DNA from: Phycisphaeraceae bacterium
GTDB lineage: Bacteria; Planctomycetota; Phycisphaerae; Phycisphaerales; Phycisphaeraceae
Length of the DNA stretch: 64,000 bases
Direction: 5' to 3'
Assembly (NCBI GenBank): GCA_963674705.1
Contig: OY771506.1
Span: 4,288,001-4,352,000, forward strand
This document shows positions 9,480 through 19,163 of this stretch, piece after piece; position 1 is the first letter of the stretch; each line of letters opens with the position of its first letter. A program made the translations under genes and the position numbers. The notes beneath the pieces were generated by a model. That model was not told the origin of the DNA. It did not search any database and was given only the letters and a program-made list of their open reading frames with translations.

Positions 9480-9753
9480 GGATCTTGCCGTCAGTCAACG
9501 GCCAAGACTTCCCGCCTCCGCCGTCACGGTTCCCTGGATGTCAATGCCCGAATCGCACGGGCCCTCGGAGAAACCGTCGGCCTATTCGTGGACCTACTTT
9601 TCTTCAGCCGCGTGTAACCCACGCCGGACCTTGCCTTGACCTACCCATCAATCCCTACAGATGGACCATGAACATTGCGGCAAACCAATCAAACAGTTAA
9701 AAATGCCCGTACACGAGCCACTTGGATACCTGTTGAAAGACACCACCTGATCC

Positions 9754-10611
9754 ATGCAACCCCCTCCCGGACATACCTGGCGCACCTGGCTTTATGAAGT
9801 CATCTTCGAGGCCGACACCAAAGCAGGTAAAGCCTTCGATATCATCCTGCTCTGGTCGATCCTGCTGAGTGTCACGGCTGTCATCCTTGAAAGTGTGGCT
9901 TCGATCCGTGAGACGTATGGCGCATACCTCTACGCTATCGAGTGGTTCTTCACCATCCTCTTCACCATCGAGTACATCACACGTGTGGTCTGTGTCCGCC
10001 GCCCCGCCGTTTACATCCGCAGCTTCTTCGGCATCGTCGACCTGCTCTCCATCCTGCCCACCTACATCAGCCTGTTCGTCGGCGGCTCGCAAGCTCTGAT
10101 CGTCATCCGCGCCCTGCGCCTGCTGCGCGTCTTCCGTATCTTCAAACTCGCACGATACGTCGGCGAGGCAAGCGTCCTGATGGACGCTCTCCGCGCCAGC
10201 CGGGTCAAGATCACCGTCTTCCTCGTCGCCGTGCTTTCGATCACACTCATCGTGGGATCACTGATGTACCTCATCGAAGGCTCAGAGCCCGACACAGGCT
10301 TCACCAGCATCCCCGCAAGCATCTACTGGACCATCGTCACCATGACCACCGTCGGCTACGGCGACATCGCCCCGCAAACCATCCTCGGCAAGTTCCTCGC
10401 CTCCGCCGTCATGATCATCGGCTACGGCATCATCGCCGTCCCCACCGGCATCGTCACCGCCGAACTTGCTACAGCCGGCCAAAAGAGAAAAATCACAACG
10501 CAAGTTTGCTCAAACTGTCAAAAAGAAGGGCACGACCCGGATGCAACGCACTGCAAGTTCTGCGGCAATTCCCTGTTTGACAATGAAGTGTCTGGTGACT
10601 CCAAAGGGTAA
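9754..10611 (+). CDS. Voltage-gated potassium channel / ion transporter
   Basis: S4 segment RALRLLRVFRIFK and selectivity filter TTVGYGD; C-terminal Cys4. Confidence 0.95.
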   Translation: MQPPPGHTWRTWLYEVIFEADTKAGKAFDIILLWSILLSVTAVILESVASIRETYGAYLYAIEWFFTILFTIEYITRVVCVRRPAVYIRSFFGIVDLLSILPTYISLFVGGSQALIVIRALRLLRVFRIFKLARYVGEASVLMDALRASRVKITVFLVAVLSITLIVGSLMYLIEGSEPDTGFTSIPASIYWTIVTMTTVGYGDIAPQTILGKFLASAVMIIGYGIIAVPTGIVTAELATAGQKRKITTQVCSNCQKEGHDPDATHCKFCGNSLFDNEVSGDSKG

Positions 10612-10615
10612 ATCA

Positions 10616-11764
10616 ATGCGTTTGCATCAATACATCTGCTTGGCTGTTCTGTTTGCTCTCTGCCTGACACAGCAAACCTCTGCACAGATGCAACCAACCG
10701 ACACGACTGATCGCCACCCGATCACCCTAGGTGTCTATTACTATCCGTGGTATAAACCTGCCAGCTTCAATACCACACTGCGCGGCAAACTCACACCGCA
10801 ACAGTCGCCGGCAGTTGGACGGTATGACAGTCGCGACCCGCAAGTCATTGCTTCGCACATCGACCAGAGCCGCCGCGGTAACATCCGTTTCTGGGCCGTC
10901 AGTTGGTGGGGGCCAAACCACGATACCGACATCACGATCCGCAACCACATCCTCAAACACCCACGCATCGGCGAAGTCGACTTCTGTATCCACTACGAAG
11001 CCACTGGCCGGTTCGGCCCGTTCGACAACCCGCACTTCGATACACTTACCGACGACTTCCGCTACCTGGCTAAAACCTACTTCCAGCAAGACAACTACCT
11101 GCGTGTAGATGGTAAGCCTGTTGTCATCATCTACCTCACCCGCGCGTACTTTCTAACTGAGAAGTCACGACAGGCCGTACGCGATATGCGTAAGGCAATA
11201 GAGCAAGAGTTCGGGCTTCAGCTATACCTTGTCGGCGACGACTTTTACTCAGACAAACTTGATCCCGAACGAGCCGTGTCGTGGGACGCCGTTACATCCT
11301 TCGACGTCTACGGCATGGCGTTTCAAATTCACGGCTGCACGCAGAAGGGTCTGGATGTCCTCGAAAACATCCACAAAAAGGCCCGTAATACCGCACACGA
11401 TCTGGGCGTCGACTTCATCCCCACCGTCTCCCCCGGCTTCAACGACACCGCTGTGCGCGACGGCCATCCCCCTCGCCCACGCTACCTCACACTCAACGGC
11501 CAACCCCAACCCCCCGGCTCACTCTTTTCCGCTTCACTCAAACAAACCGCCCTGCCTTACACCGATCCCGCCATCGGCCGCATCCTGATGGTCAACTCCT
11601 TCAACGAGTGGTACGAAGACACCCAGATCGAACCCACCGCACCGGGGCAAACTACCAGCACCGACTCATCCGATACTCAAAAATACACCGCCGCAAACAG
11701 CTACGAGGCATACGAAGATAAATACCTCAGCATCCTGGCTGCTCTAACCAAACCCGAGAAATAA
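10616..11764 (+). CDS. Secreted glycoside hydrolase, GH99/GH71-like
   Basis: Signal peptide; YYYPWY, YDSRDP, VSWW, DGKPVV, SPGFND, NSFNEWYEDTQIEP. Confidence 0.85.
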   Translation: MRLHQYICLAVLFALCLTQQTSAQMQPTDTTDRHPITLGVYYYPWYKPASFNTTLRGKLTPQQSPAVGRYDSRDPQVIASHIDQSRRGNIRFWAVSWWGPNHDTDITIRNHILKHPRIGEVDFCIHYEATGRFGPFDNPHFDTLTDDFRYLAKTYFQQDNYLRVDGKPVVIIYLTRAYFLTEKSRQAVRDMRKAIEQEFGLQLYLVGDDFYSDKLDPERAVSWDAVTSFDVYGMAFQIHGCTQKGLDVLENIHKKARNTAHDLGVDFIPTVSPGFNDTAVRDGHPPRPRYLTLNGQPQPPGSLFSASLKQTALPYTDPAIGRILMVNSFNEWYEDTQIEPTAPGQTTSTDSSDTQKYTAANSYEAYEDKYLSILAALTKPEK

Positions 11765-11785
11765 CGAACTTGTGCGTGTTGTCAA

Positions 11786-12187
11786 TCACGGGAATAAATC
11801 TGCCGGTATCGGCTTGAGCTTCCCGTCCTTATCCACACACACCAGCGTCGTCTCACCGGTGGCCAGCAAATCATCGCCACGTTTGACTTCATAGCTGTGT
11901 TCGACCTTTACGCCGGCGGATGGCTTTGCGGTGCAGATAATGTCCAGTTCATCGTCATACATCGCGGGCTTGTGGTAGCGCAGGCTCATGCGTGCAACAA
12001 CAAAAAACACCCCCGCCGCTTCCAGATCGCGATACGCATTACCACGCTGGCGAAGTAAATCCGTCCGTGCGATCTCAAACCAGACGGGATAAACCGTATG
12101 GTGCGCAACATTCATCGGATCGCACTCGACGTAACGAACGCGAACGGGGACGGTGATCTGACGGTCGTGTTGATGTTCGATGTTCAT
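11786..12187 (-). CDS. Acyl-CoA thioesterase (4HBT/YbgC family)
   Basis: VRVRYVECDPMNVAHHTVYPVWFEIART; start moved to ATG 12187. Confidence 0.92.
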   Translation of the reverse strand: MNIEHQHDRQITVPVRVRYVECDPMNVAHHTVYPVWFEIARTDLLRQRGNAYRDLEAAGVFFVVARMSLRYHKPAMYDDELDIICTAKPSAGVKVEHSYEVKRGDDLLATGETTLVCVDKDGKLKPIPADLFP

Positions 12188-12192
12188 TTGAA

Positions 12193-12227
12193 AGGCTGTA
12201 GGGTATAGGGTGTTGGGTGCAGGGTAA
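12193..12227 (+). repeat. Degenerate G-rich heptamer tandem repeat (5 units)
   Basis: aggctgt agggtat agggtgt tgggtgc agggtaa. Confidence 0.7.
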
Positions 12228-12238
12228 AGACCTCTTCC

Positions 12239-12272
12239 CCCAACGCCGGTCCTGAGCAAAGCGAAGGTCCGG
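12239..12272 (+). repeat. 34-bp dispersed palindromic (REP-like) repeat, copy 1
   Basis: cccaacgccggtcctgagcaaagcgaaggtccgg; near-identical to 34998-35031 and 35181-35214. Confidence 0.9.
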
Positions 12273-12359
12273 ACCCCCGCTCAATTGTTTGCATAAACAA
12301 ATCTCACCACAACATCTTCACATTGAACCTTTTCACATCGAACATTGAACATCCCCCCC

Positions 12360-14066
12360 CTACTTCTCTTTCAATGACGGATACTCAATCAGCGCCCGGT
12401 ACTTCGGCGCTTCGCTGATCGGTTGGTCCTGATATTCCAGGTGCCCCCACGAACCGAATTTGCCGGGCCGGCCGACATCGTTGAACGCAACAAACAAATC
12501 CCCACCCGCCACCTCAAACAGCCGCATGTTCAGCAGATACAGGCCGTACATCCGCGGATGTGTTTGCGCCTCGATCAGTTGATCGTAATACGGGAGGTTG
12601 TCGTTGCCATATGCTGTCAGATGTTGTCCCCCCTCATACGCAACCAGCCGGATCGGTCGGCCAAGCTTCTGAGACCATTGTTTCGCGAGATCTCCATGCC
12701 GGTTAAACCACTTGCGGTTATCACCGCGGATATTCTCTTCACACATATCCAGTAAACGATCCACCGAAGAGCCTGCGTTAAGTTTCTCCCCCTGCTCATG
12801 CGTGATCCCGAAGTACGCCGCCGGCGAGATGGCATCAAACTGCCCGTCCAACCGCGAGGTCAGTTGCTCGGCCACCCACGGATTTGCCAGTTGCACCGCC
12901 GCGACACGCACCAGCCGCTTTCCCGCTTCATCGCCGAAGACTTCCGTCCAGATCCGGAACGTCGTCTTGCACCGCTCCGCCCAGGCATCGAAAAACGCAT
13001 CCGACAACGAATCGGTCCCGCCGGCAAGCTGCCGGATGTATTTATGCTGAGCGAACTGGCCGTTCCACACTTCGTTGGAATACTCGATATACACCTTCGC
13101 GTCCGGGTGCAGTCGCTGCTTTACCAGTTCCGCGTGCTTTCGGATGTAGTCGTCGTCCGCCATGTGCGGCATGCAGAACCACGCATCTGCCTTCAGTTCG
13201 TTGGCCAGTTGGATCATGTACTCGATCGCGACGCCGTTCTCACCGGTTTGCGTCTGTTGATCCTTGCGTGGCCGCTGCGACCATTGCTTGAGCTTCGTTG
13301 TATTCGTACTCGCCCAGTCCATAAACCGGATGACCTGGAACAGCTCAAGCCGGCTTTCAAACACCGGATTAAATGGCGAAATTCGCATCTCATGGTCAAC
13401 CGCAATCAGGCTCACATCGCTGACCTGCCCGACCTTCTGCAGGTTGATGCCTTCATTACCCGAGCGGATCACGACGGACGCACTGTTCGAGCCTGTCTGA
13501 TTTGAACTGACATCACCCGAAAACTTCACCGACCCGCTGCCGGCCCACGTCGCGACATATACACCGGTTGGCGCCATCCCAGACTTGAAGATATACCCAC
13601 GATTATCATCGCGCCAGGCATCACTCATCAGCATCAGATCCGTAAACACCCAGCCGCGCGAGTAGTACGTCACACCCGCAAGGTTCATCCCTAAAAACGG
13701 CTTCTTGACTGGCGCCGGCTCCGTGCTGGCCGGTTCATCTGGCGTCTGCTCTGCCGGCGTATCCGCAGCGTTCGTCTCGCCCGTCTCGTTCACCGCCAGC
13801 ATCTGCCCCAGCAGTTCATGCACCGTCCTCGCCTGCACGACCGACATACTCACCTGCTGCGAGCTATCCGCAAGCGCAACACGCACGGGCAGACCACTGC
13901 CTTCAACAAGCTCCCCGGTCGCGATCGTTTCCGCGCCGCCGGCATCATCCCCCGCTTCAAAGCGCGTAACCTGCCCCCGCCCCACTTCAACCACTTCCGC
14001 CTGTGCCATGTTCAACGCAAACACAGACACAATCAGTCCGGCCATCCAAATCAAAGTCCGCCGCAT
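12360..14066 (-). CDS. Secreted 'cellulose-binding'-type putative glycoside hydrolase
   Basis: Signal peptide, GGAGG RBS; IRFMDW, WFCMPH, YIEYSNEVWN, AYEGGQH, GSWG motifs. Confidence 0.75.
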   Translation of the reverse strand: MRRTLIWMAGLIVSVFALNMAQAEVVEVGRGQVTRFEAGDDAGGAETIATGELVEGSGLPVRVALADSSQQVSMSVVQARTVHELLGQMLAVNETGETNAADTPAEQTPDEPASTEPAPVKKPFLGMNLAGVTYYSRGWVFTDLMLMSDAWRDDNRGYIFKSGMAPTGVYVATWAGSGSVKFSGDVSSNQTGSNSASVVIRSGNEGINLQKVGQVSDVSLIAVDHEMRISPFNPVFESRLELFQVIRFMDWASTNTTKLKQWSQRPRKDQQTQTGENGVAIEYMIQLANELKADAWFCMPHMADDDYIRKHAELVKQRLHPDAKVYIEYSNEVWNGQFAQHKYIRQLAGGTDSLSDAFFDAWAERCKTTFRIWTEVFGDEAGKRLVRVAAVQLANPWVAEQLTSRLDGQFDAISPAAYFGITHEQGEKLNAGSSVDRLLDMCEENIRGDNRKWFNRHGDLAKQWSQKLGRPIRLVAYEGGQHLTAYGNDNLPYYDQLIEAQTHPRMYGLYLLNMRLFEVAGGDLFVAFNDVGRPGKFGSWGHLEYQDQPISEAPKYRALIEYPSLKEK

Positions 14067-14433
14067 GAAAGACCTCCGTTTCCGCATCATCATAGATCGT
14101 TCCCTTACACCGCCCAACTATCTATTGACAATCGCGGCATATCCGTGCGCGCAATCCTAACAAACTTCGCTGCACCTGCAGGTTAATACTCGAACTTCCT
14201 GGATATTGATGATCCAACACTTCTCCAAACATCACCGGCTCCAACGCCTGCTCCCATGCGCACAATCGTGTCGCAAAAACATGTAAACCAGCCGATAATC
14301 AAACCGTCCGTCCGCCCCAGACGGATTATTCAGCCTAGACGTCATCGCAGCTTCATCCCACCTTGCAGATAGCCGATACCCGATCCGGATAACCATTACG
14401 ACCTGTGGGGTCGTTACGACAGGAGAGGAGAAA

Positions 14434-16344
14434 ATGGCTAAACCCATCCTACGCTCGTTCTATGCACGTACCGTGCTCCAGGTCGCCGCACTGGCCTTGA
14501 CCACAACGCTATTGTCCGTCCTCGTGAGTTGCGCCTCGCATGAGCCCGCCGCCGGATTCGAACCCGAGTGGGACAAGCTCGTTGTCGAGGTCGCCAAGTT
14601 CCCCAACGCCCAGCCGACAGGTGTCGCCGTGTCCAGCACCGGCCGCGTCTTCGTCAACTTCCCCTACTGGGACAAACGCCCCGCCGTCTCGGTCGCCGAA
14701 CTCGACGCCGATGGCAAGCTCCAGCCGTTCCCCAGCCGTAGCTGGAACAAATGGGACGGCCGTAGCGCCACCTCCGCGCTGCGCTCGTTCGTCAGCGCCC
14801 AGGCGCTCTACGTCGATCAGGACGACTACCTCTGGGCGCTCGACTCCGGCAGCCCACGCAAAGAGTCCGGCGTCGTCATCGCTGGTCCCAAGCTCTTCAA
14901 GATCGATCTGTCCGACAACAGCATCGCGCAGGTCTTCTACTTCGATCAGAAGCGCGACCTCAAGCCGCACAGCTTCCTGAGCGACTTCCGTGTCGACACC
15001 AAAAAGAACGTCGCCTACATCACCGACGCCGGCCGTGGTGGCATCCTGATCTATAACCTTAAGTCTCGTGAAGCACGCACCGTGCTGCTCGATCACGAAT
15101 CCACCAAGCCGCAGCCCGGTCTGACCGCCGAAATCGGCTCGCACCCATGGGTCAACTTCCTGGGTCAGCGCCCGAGCTACGGCGTCGCCGGTGTCGAACT
15201 CTCCAAAGACAAGCAGTGGCTCTACTACCACGCACTCTGCGGCCGCGAGTTGTATCGCGTACCGACCGAAGCCCTGCTCGATCAGACACTCACCGCCGGC
15301 AGACTCGCCGACTCCGTCGAAAGCCTCGGTTCCACCGGCTCCATCGTCGATGGCATGTGGCTCGATGACACCAACAACCTGTACCTGACTGCCATCGAGA
15401 AAGACGCCATCTTCGTGCGTCGTCCGAGTGGCGAACTGGAAACCTTCGTCGCTGATGAACGCCTGCAATGGCCGGACTCCTTGGCGATGGGCCAGGATGG
15501 TTACCTCTACTTCACCACGTCGATGCGTCACCTGCAGTCGCCGTACCGCATCACGGACGTAAAGGATCAGCCTTACTTCCTGATGAAGGTGTCGGTCGCC
15601 AAGGTTCAGCGTGCGGTGGAAGCCAAGCAGGATGCCGAGTACGCCAAGCAGGCCGCCGAGCAGGCCAAGCTTGAAGCCGCCGCAGCCAGGCAGCAGGCTC
15701 TGCAACAGGAACGTCAAGCCGAGTTGATCAAGGCCGCCGCCGAGCGTGAGGCCCAGAAGGTCGCCACGACCCAGAAGCAGACCGAGGCAGCCGCGCAGAT
15801 CCAGGCCGAAGCCGCCGCCAGCGCCGAACTCGCCGCCCAGCAGCAGGCCGAGGTCGCCGCGAAGGCCGAAGCCGAAGTTGAAAAGGCAAAAGCTCAACTC
15901 GCCGAGGCTCAGGAAGCCGTGAAGCTTGCCAAGGAAGCCGCCGCCAAGGCCAAGGCTCTGTCAGAAGACGCCCGCGCCAAAGCCAAGGCAGGCCAGCAGG
16001 CCAAGAGCGAAGCCCTCGCCGCACGCCAACAGGCCCAGGCCGCACAAGCCGCTTACGAACAGGCGCTTGAAGATTCCAAGGCCGCGCAAGCCTTCACCGA
16101 AACCCTGCAGAAACAGCTGATCGAACAGGAATCCGAAGCCGCCCAGGCCAAACTCAAGGCCGCCAAGGCAGCGCAGGCCGCCCTGCAACAAACCCTCGCA
16201 GCCAAGCAGGCACTGGCGCAGGCCGAACTGGCCAAGCAGGTCGCCGAGCAGGCTCAGCAGCAGGCATGGGCCGCCGAGAACGCCGAGTCCGGTGCTCACG
16301 CGGATGGCGCCGTCCTCACCGCTGAAGTCGCCACTGAAGAGTAA
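14434..16344 (+). CDS. Lipoprotein of the major royal jelly / L-dopachrome tautomerase-related beta-propeller family, with Ala/Gln/Glu/Lys coiled-coil tail
   Basis: Lipobox LVSC; PTGVAVS..GRVFVNFP, LWALDSG, AYITDAG, DERLQWPD; about 230-aa low-complexity helical tail. Confidence 0.85.
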   Translation: MAKPILRSFYARTVLQVAALALTTTLLSVLVSCASHEPAAGFEPEWDKLVVEVAKFPNAQPTGVAVSSTGRVFVNFPYWDKRPAVSVAELDADGKLQPFPSRSWNKWDGRSATSALRSFVSAQALYVDQDDYLWALDSGSPRKESGVVIAGPKLFKIDLSDNSIAQVFYFDQKRDLKPHSFLSDFRVDTKKNVAYITDAGRGGILIYNLKSREARTVLLDHESTKPQPGLTAEIGSHPWVNFLGQRPSYGVAGVELSKDKQWLYYHALCGRELYRVPTEALLDQTLTAGRLADSVESLGSTGSIVDGMWLDDTNNLYLTAIEKDAIFVRRPSGELETFVADERLQWPDSLAMGQDGYLYFTTSMRHLQSPYRITDVKDQPYFLMKVSVAKVQRAVEAKQDAEYAKQAAEQAKLEAAAARQQALQQERQAELIKAAAEREAQKVATTQKQTEAAAQIQAEAAASAELAAQQQAEVAAKAEAEVEKAKAQLAEAQEAVKLAKEAAAKAKALSEDARAKAKAGQQAKSEALAARQQAQAAQAAYEQALEDSKAAQAFTETLQKQLIEQESEAAQAKLKAAKAAQAALQQTLAAKQALAQAELAKQVAEQAQQQAWAAENAESGAHADGAVLTAEVATEE

Positions 16345-16384
16345 CCTAAACCCACGGTTCGAGTCTACGATCCGTTATGAGTAC

Positions 16385-16416
16385 AAAAGCGCCGGACAAA
16401 AGTTCGGCGTTTTTTT
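16385..16416 (+). terminator. Intrinsic terminator
   Basis: aaaagcgccgga-caaaag-ttcggcg followed by T7. Confidence 0.75.
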
Positions 16417-16655
16417 ACGCGCCCGATAATGGCACCGGTAAAATGCCGCCATCGCAAGATTTCAATATAAAAAGTTTGAAGAGTCAGACATCCTGTAACC
16501 GATATCTAACATTACCCGCGACCCTGTTCATCAAGCACCCCCTCGGCCGACCAAACTGGCTACGGCATGAAATAAAGGGGCAGCGCGCCGCGGGTTTTTT
16601 CATGCGCTAACTTACCCAAAGCCGCTTACGGCTTAGCGCTTCTGGCAACCCACAA

Positions 16656-16889
16656 TCAACCCTTCCCGTGCTTCACCCGGACGATCCGTTCGATCTCCTC
16701 AACGCTGTAACCTTTAGCGACCAGATCACGCTTCAGACGCATCTCGCCCTCGTGCTGCTTCACCTTTTGCCAGCTACTAGTCAGCACGCCGATGACCGTC
16801 ACCGTCGTCACCATCCCAAACACTGCGATCAATGGCATGTTCGCAGGCGAAAATATCGCGTCCCAATTGACCTCGGCTAACGGCAACAT
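16656..16889 (-). CDS. Small single-TM hypothetical protein, paralog B
   Basis: GGAGG RBS; shares LAEVxW and LKRDLVAKGYSxxEIERIV with 17040..17276. Confidence 0.85.
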   Translation of the reverse strand: MLPLAEVNWDAIFSPANMPLIAVFGMVTTVTVIGVLTSSWQKVKQHEGEMRLKRDLVAKGYSVEEIERIVRVKHGKG

Positions 16890-17039
16890 AACGGACCTCC
16901 AAGTGGCTGGATCAGTGTGTTCTCATCCACATAGTCGCAACTCGGCATGGTCTATGTCAAGATTTCCAAGTTTTTTTAGCCTGTTTTCCTCGCCGGGATC
17001 TTGCCGCCCCCCCGGCTTCGCCCGCCTGAAAGCCGCAAC

Positions 17040-17276
17040 TCACTTCTGCTTGCCCGGTGAAGCCGCGACGATCCGCTCGATCTCGTCGGTGCTGTAGCCC
17101 TTGGCGACAAGGTCGCGCTTCAGAAGGGTTTCATCCCGGCTCTTGTGCGTCAGGTATTTAAAACCAAAAAACGCGATCGCCACCGTGACGAACGTCGCCG
17201 TCCCGAATACCGCAACGATCGGCAGATTGCCTGATGATAGGATCCCGTTCCAATCCACTTCCGCTAAGTAAAACAT
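17040..17276 (-). CDS. Small single-TM hypothetical protein, paralog A
   Basis: GGAGG RBS; paralog of 16656..16889. Confidence 0.85.
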   Translation of the reverse strand: MFYLAEVDWNGILSSGNLPIVAVFGTATFVTVAIAFFGFKYLTHKSRDETLLKRDLVAKGYSTDEIERIVAASPGKQK

Positions 17277-17356
17277 GCTGGACCTCCGCCCGGGGTCTGG
17301 TTTCTCTTACTGGTGTCGTTACCCGTCAGGTTTTATGACATGCCAGAGTAAGAATA

Positions 17357-18349
17357 TTACGTCGCCTCGATTGCCGACAGCACATCCCCTTCCCCGAGCT
17401 TATGCCCCCGCACGAAGTCATCGATCGGCATCATCTTCGTCCCGGGCGCCTGTACCTCGATCAACTTCACCGACCCGTCGGCCGTCAAAACGTGATATTC
17501 CTGCCCGTCACTCGAATGCACGACCGTCCCGGGCTTCGGCTTCTTTTCCACTGACTCCAACCCCACAAAACACGACAAGTCAGGCACAGCGAACACCCGG
17601 CCGAGTGTCAGCACGTTTGTCTTGCCCGTTGCTTTGCAGAACCAGTTAACCCGACAGCCCGGCCAGGGGGTCAGGCCATGCACACGGCAGCGCACCGTTT
17701 CGCTTGGCTGATTGAAGTCCACCGTCCCGATCGCCTTGCTCATCTTCGGCGCCTTGGTCGCCTTATCGTGGTCCTGCTCCTGCGGGTTCAGCGTCCCGGC
17801 CGCAAGATCATCCACCACCTTCCCCACCACGCCGGGCCCAAGCTCCGCCAACCGGTCATGCAATTCCCCGGCCGTCTCAAGCGGGTCGATCTTCACCGAA
17901 TCCTGCGCATACACCGGCCCGGCATCCATCTTCTGCGCCAGCCCGATCACGCATACCCCCGTCTGCTGCTCGCCATTAATCACCGCCCAGTTGATCGGCG
18001 CAGCCCCCCGGTACTTCGGCAACAGCGACGCATGCAGATTCACCGCCAACTCCCCCATCGCCTCGATCAAAGGCTCCCCCAGCTTCTGCCCAAACGCGAT
18101 CACGATCGACGCCCGCCCCCGGAAGTTCTTGATCTTCTCGACAAACGCCGGCTCATTCACATCCTCAGTTCGCAATAGTTCAATGCCATTCTCCAACGCC
18201 CAGGCCGCGATCGGCGTCGGCGTCAACACCCGCTTACGCCCCGCCGGCTTGTCCGGCTGACTCACCACCGCCACCAACTCATGCCGCGCATGCAGCATCT
18301 TCACCGTCGGCAACCCAAACGCTCCAGAACCGAAAAACAACAGACGCAT
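17357..18349 (-). CDS. fmt: Methionyl-tRNA formyltransferase
   Basis: MRLLFFGS, VVSQPDKPAGR, NLHASLLPKYRGAAPINWA, MDAGP; start moved to 18349. Confidence 0.96.
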   Translation of the reverse strand: MRLLFFGSGAFGLPTVKMLHARHELVAVVSQPDKPAGRKRVLTPTPIAAWALENGIELLRTEDVNEPAFVEKIKNFRGRASIVIAFGQKLGEPLIEAMGELAVNLHASLLPKYRGAAPINWAVINGEQQTGVCVIGLAQKMDAGPVYAQDSVKIDPLETAGELHDRLAELGPGVVGKVVDDLAAGTLNPQEQDHDKATKAPKMSKAIGTVDFNQPSETVRCRVHGLTPWPGCRVNWFCKATGKTNVLTLGRVFAVPDLSCFVGLESVEKKPKPGTVVHSSDGQEYHVLTADGSVKLIEVQAPGTKMMPIDDFVRGHKLGEGDVLSAIEAT

Positions 18350-18408
18350 ATAGGACTCCGAATGACCATTTACTACAATATATTGCCCAAATATTTCACC
18401 ACGTAATA

Positions 18409-19116
18409 TCACCTCATATATATGTGATTATTGTGATATTCGATATTAGCTACATCAATTTTATGTCGCCTAGTACGTAACGTTTCTTGATCAATTTGAA
18501 TAGCACCATAATCCAGCATTGCATGATGGTTGGGACAGACAATTATAATGTTCCCTTTACAGTCTGTACCACCATGGGATCGACCAAGAGGACGAATGTG
18601 ATGTGCTTCACAATAGCAGGTATTTCTACTCATTAGTTCTATCGTAAAGCCGCATATTTGACAGCGGTACTCATACAAATCTTTTAGTTGCATCACGATC
18701 AAGGTGTCTCTAATAATTCGACTCACAATGAGTTCTGAACGCTCGGGGAGTTCAGGCTCGTCAATGTCAACTGCCAAGCAATATTTATCACTAGCACTTG
18801 CTCGAGCTTGGGGCGTTAAACCTGTGGAAGATTCGTAACCAGCGATCTCAACTATAGATTCAGTATTTGGATTTCTAAAGTCCAATAATCTGTATTGCCC
18901 ACGATTTAAGAACGCAATGAGGTTTCTATCACGCAATTCTTGCAGAACACGACTAAGTGTTTGTGTAGGAGTAGCACCATCAGAATGCGTGTCTGAAATA
19001 ATTTTCTTTAGCTCTTGGCTGATCAACTCTTGTCGTTCAAAGCAATCGCTCTTCTTCCGATTACACAAGCGCTGAATTGCATCTAACGTTGCCAATTGCC
19101 AGTCTTCATGCGTCAT
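18409..19116 (-). CDS. Winged-helix (DpnI C-terminal-like) - HNH endonuclease, putative modification-dependent restriction enzyme; low GC
   Basis: N-terminal TLSRVLQELRDRNLIAFLNRGQYR; C-terminal CQICG..EAHHIRPL..GG.D..GN...CPNHH. Confidence 0.85.
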   Translation of the reverse strand: MTHEDWQLATLDAIQRLCNRKKSDCFERQELISQELKKIISDTHSDGATPTQTLSRVLQELRDRNLIAFLNRGQYRLLDFRNPNTESIVEIAGYESSTGLTPQARASASDKYCLAVDIDEPELPERSELIVSRIIRDTLIVMQLKDLYEYRCQICGFTIELMSRNTCYCEAHHIRPLGRSHGGTDCKGNIIIVCPNHHAMLDYGAIQIDQETLRTRRHKIDVANIEYHNNHIYMR

Positions 19117-19163
19117 ATTACTTACCAACTTATTCTGAAGTTTAAGGGTAAATATGATCGGTG

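Noticed and set aside
14270..14380. Sigma28-like GCCGATA boxes upstream of the MRJP gene
   Set aside because: No correctly spaced TAAA -35 element
14509..15897. 462-aa minus-strand ORF
   Set aside because: Antisense shadow of the MRJP-family gene
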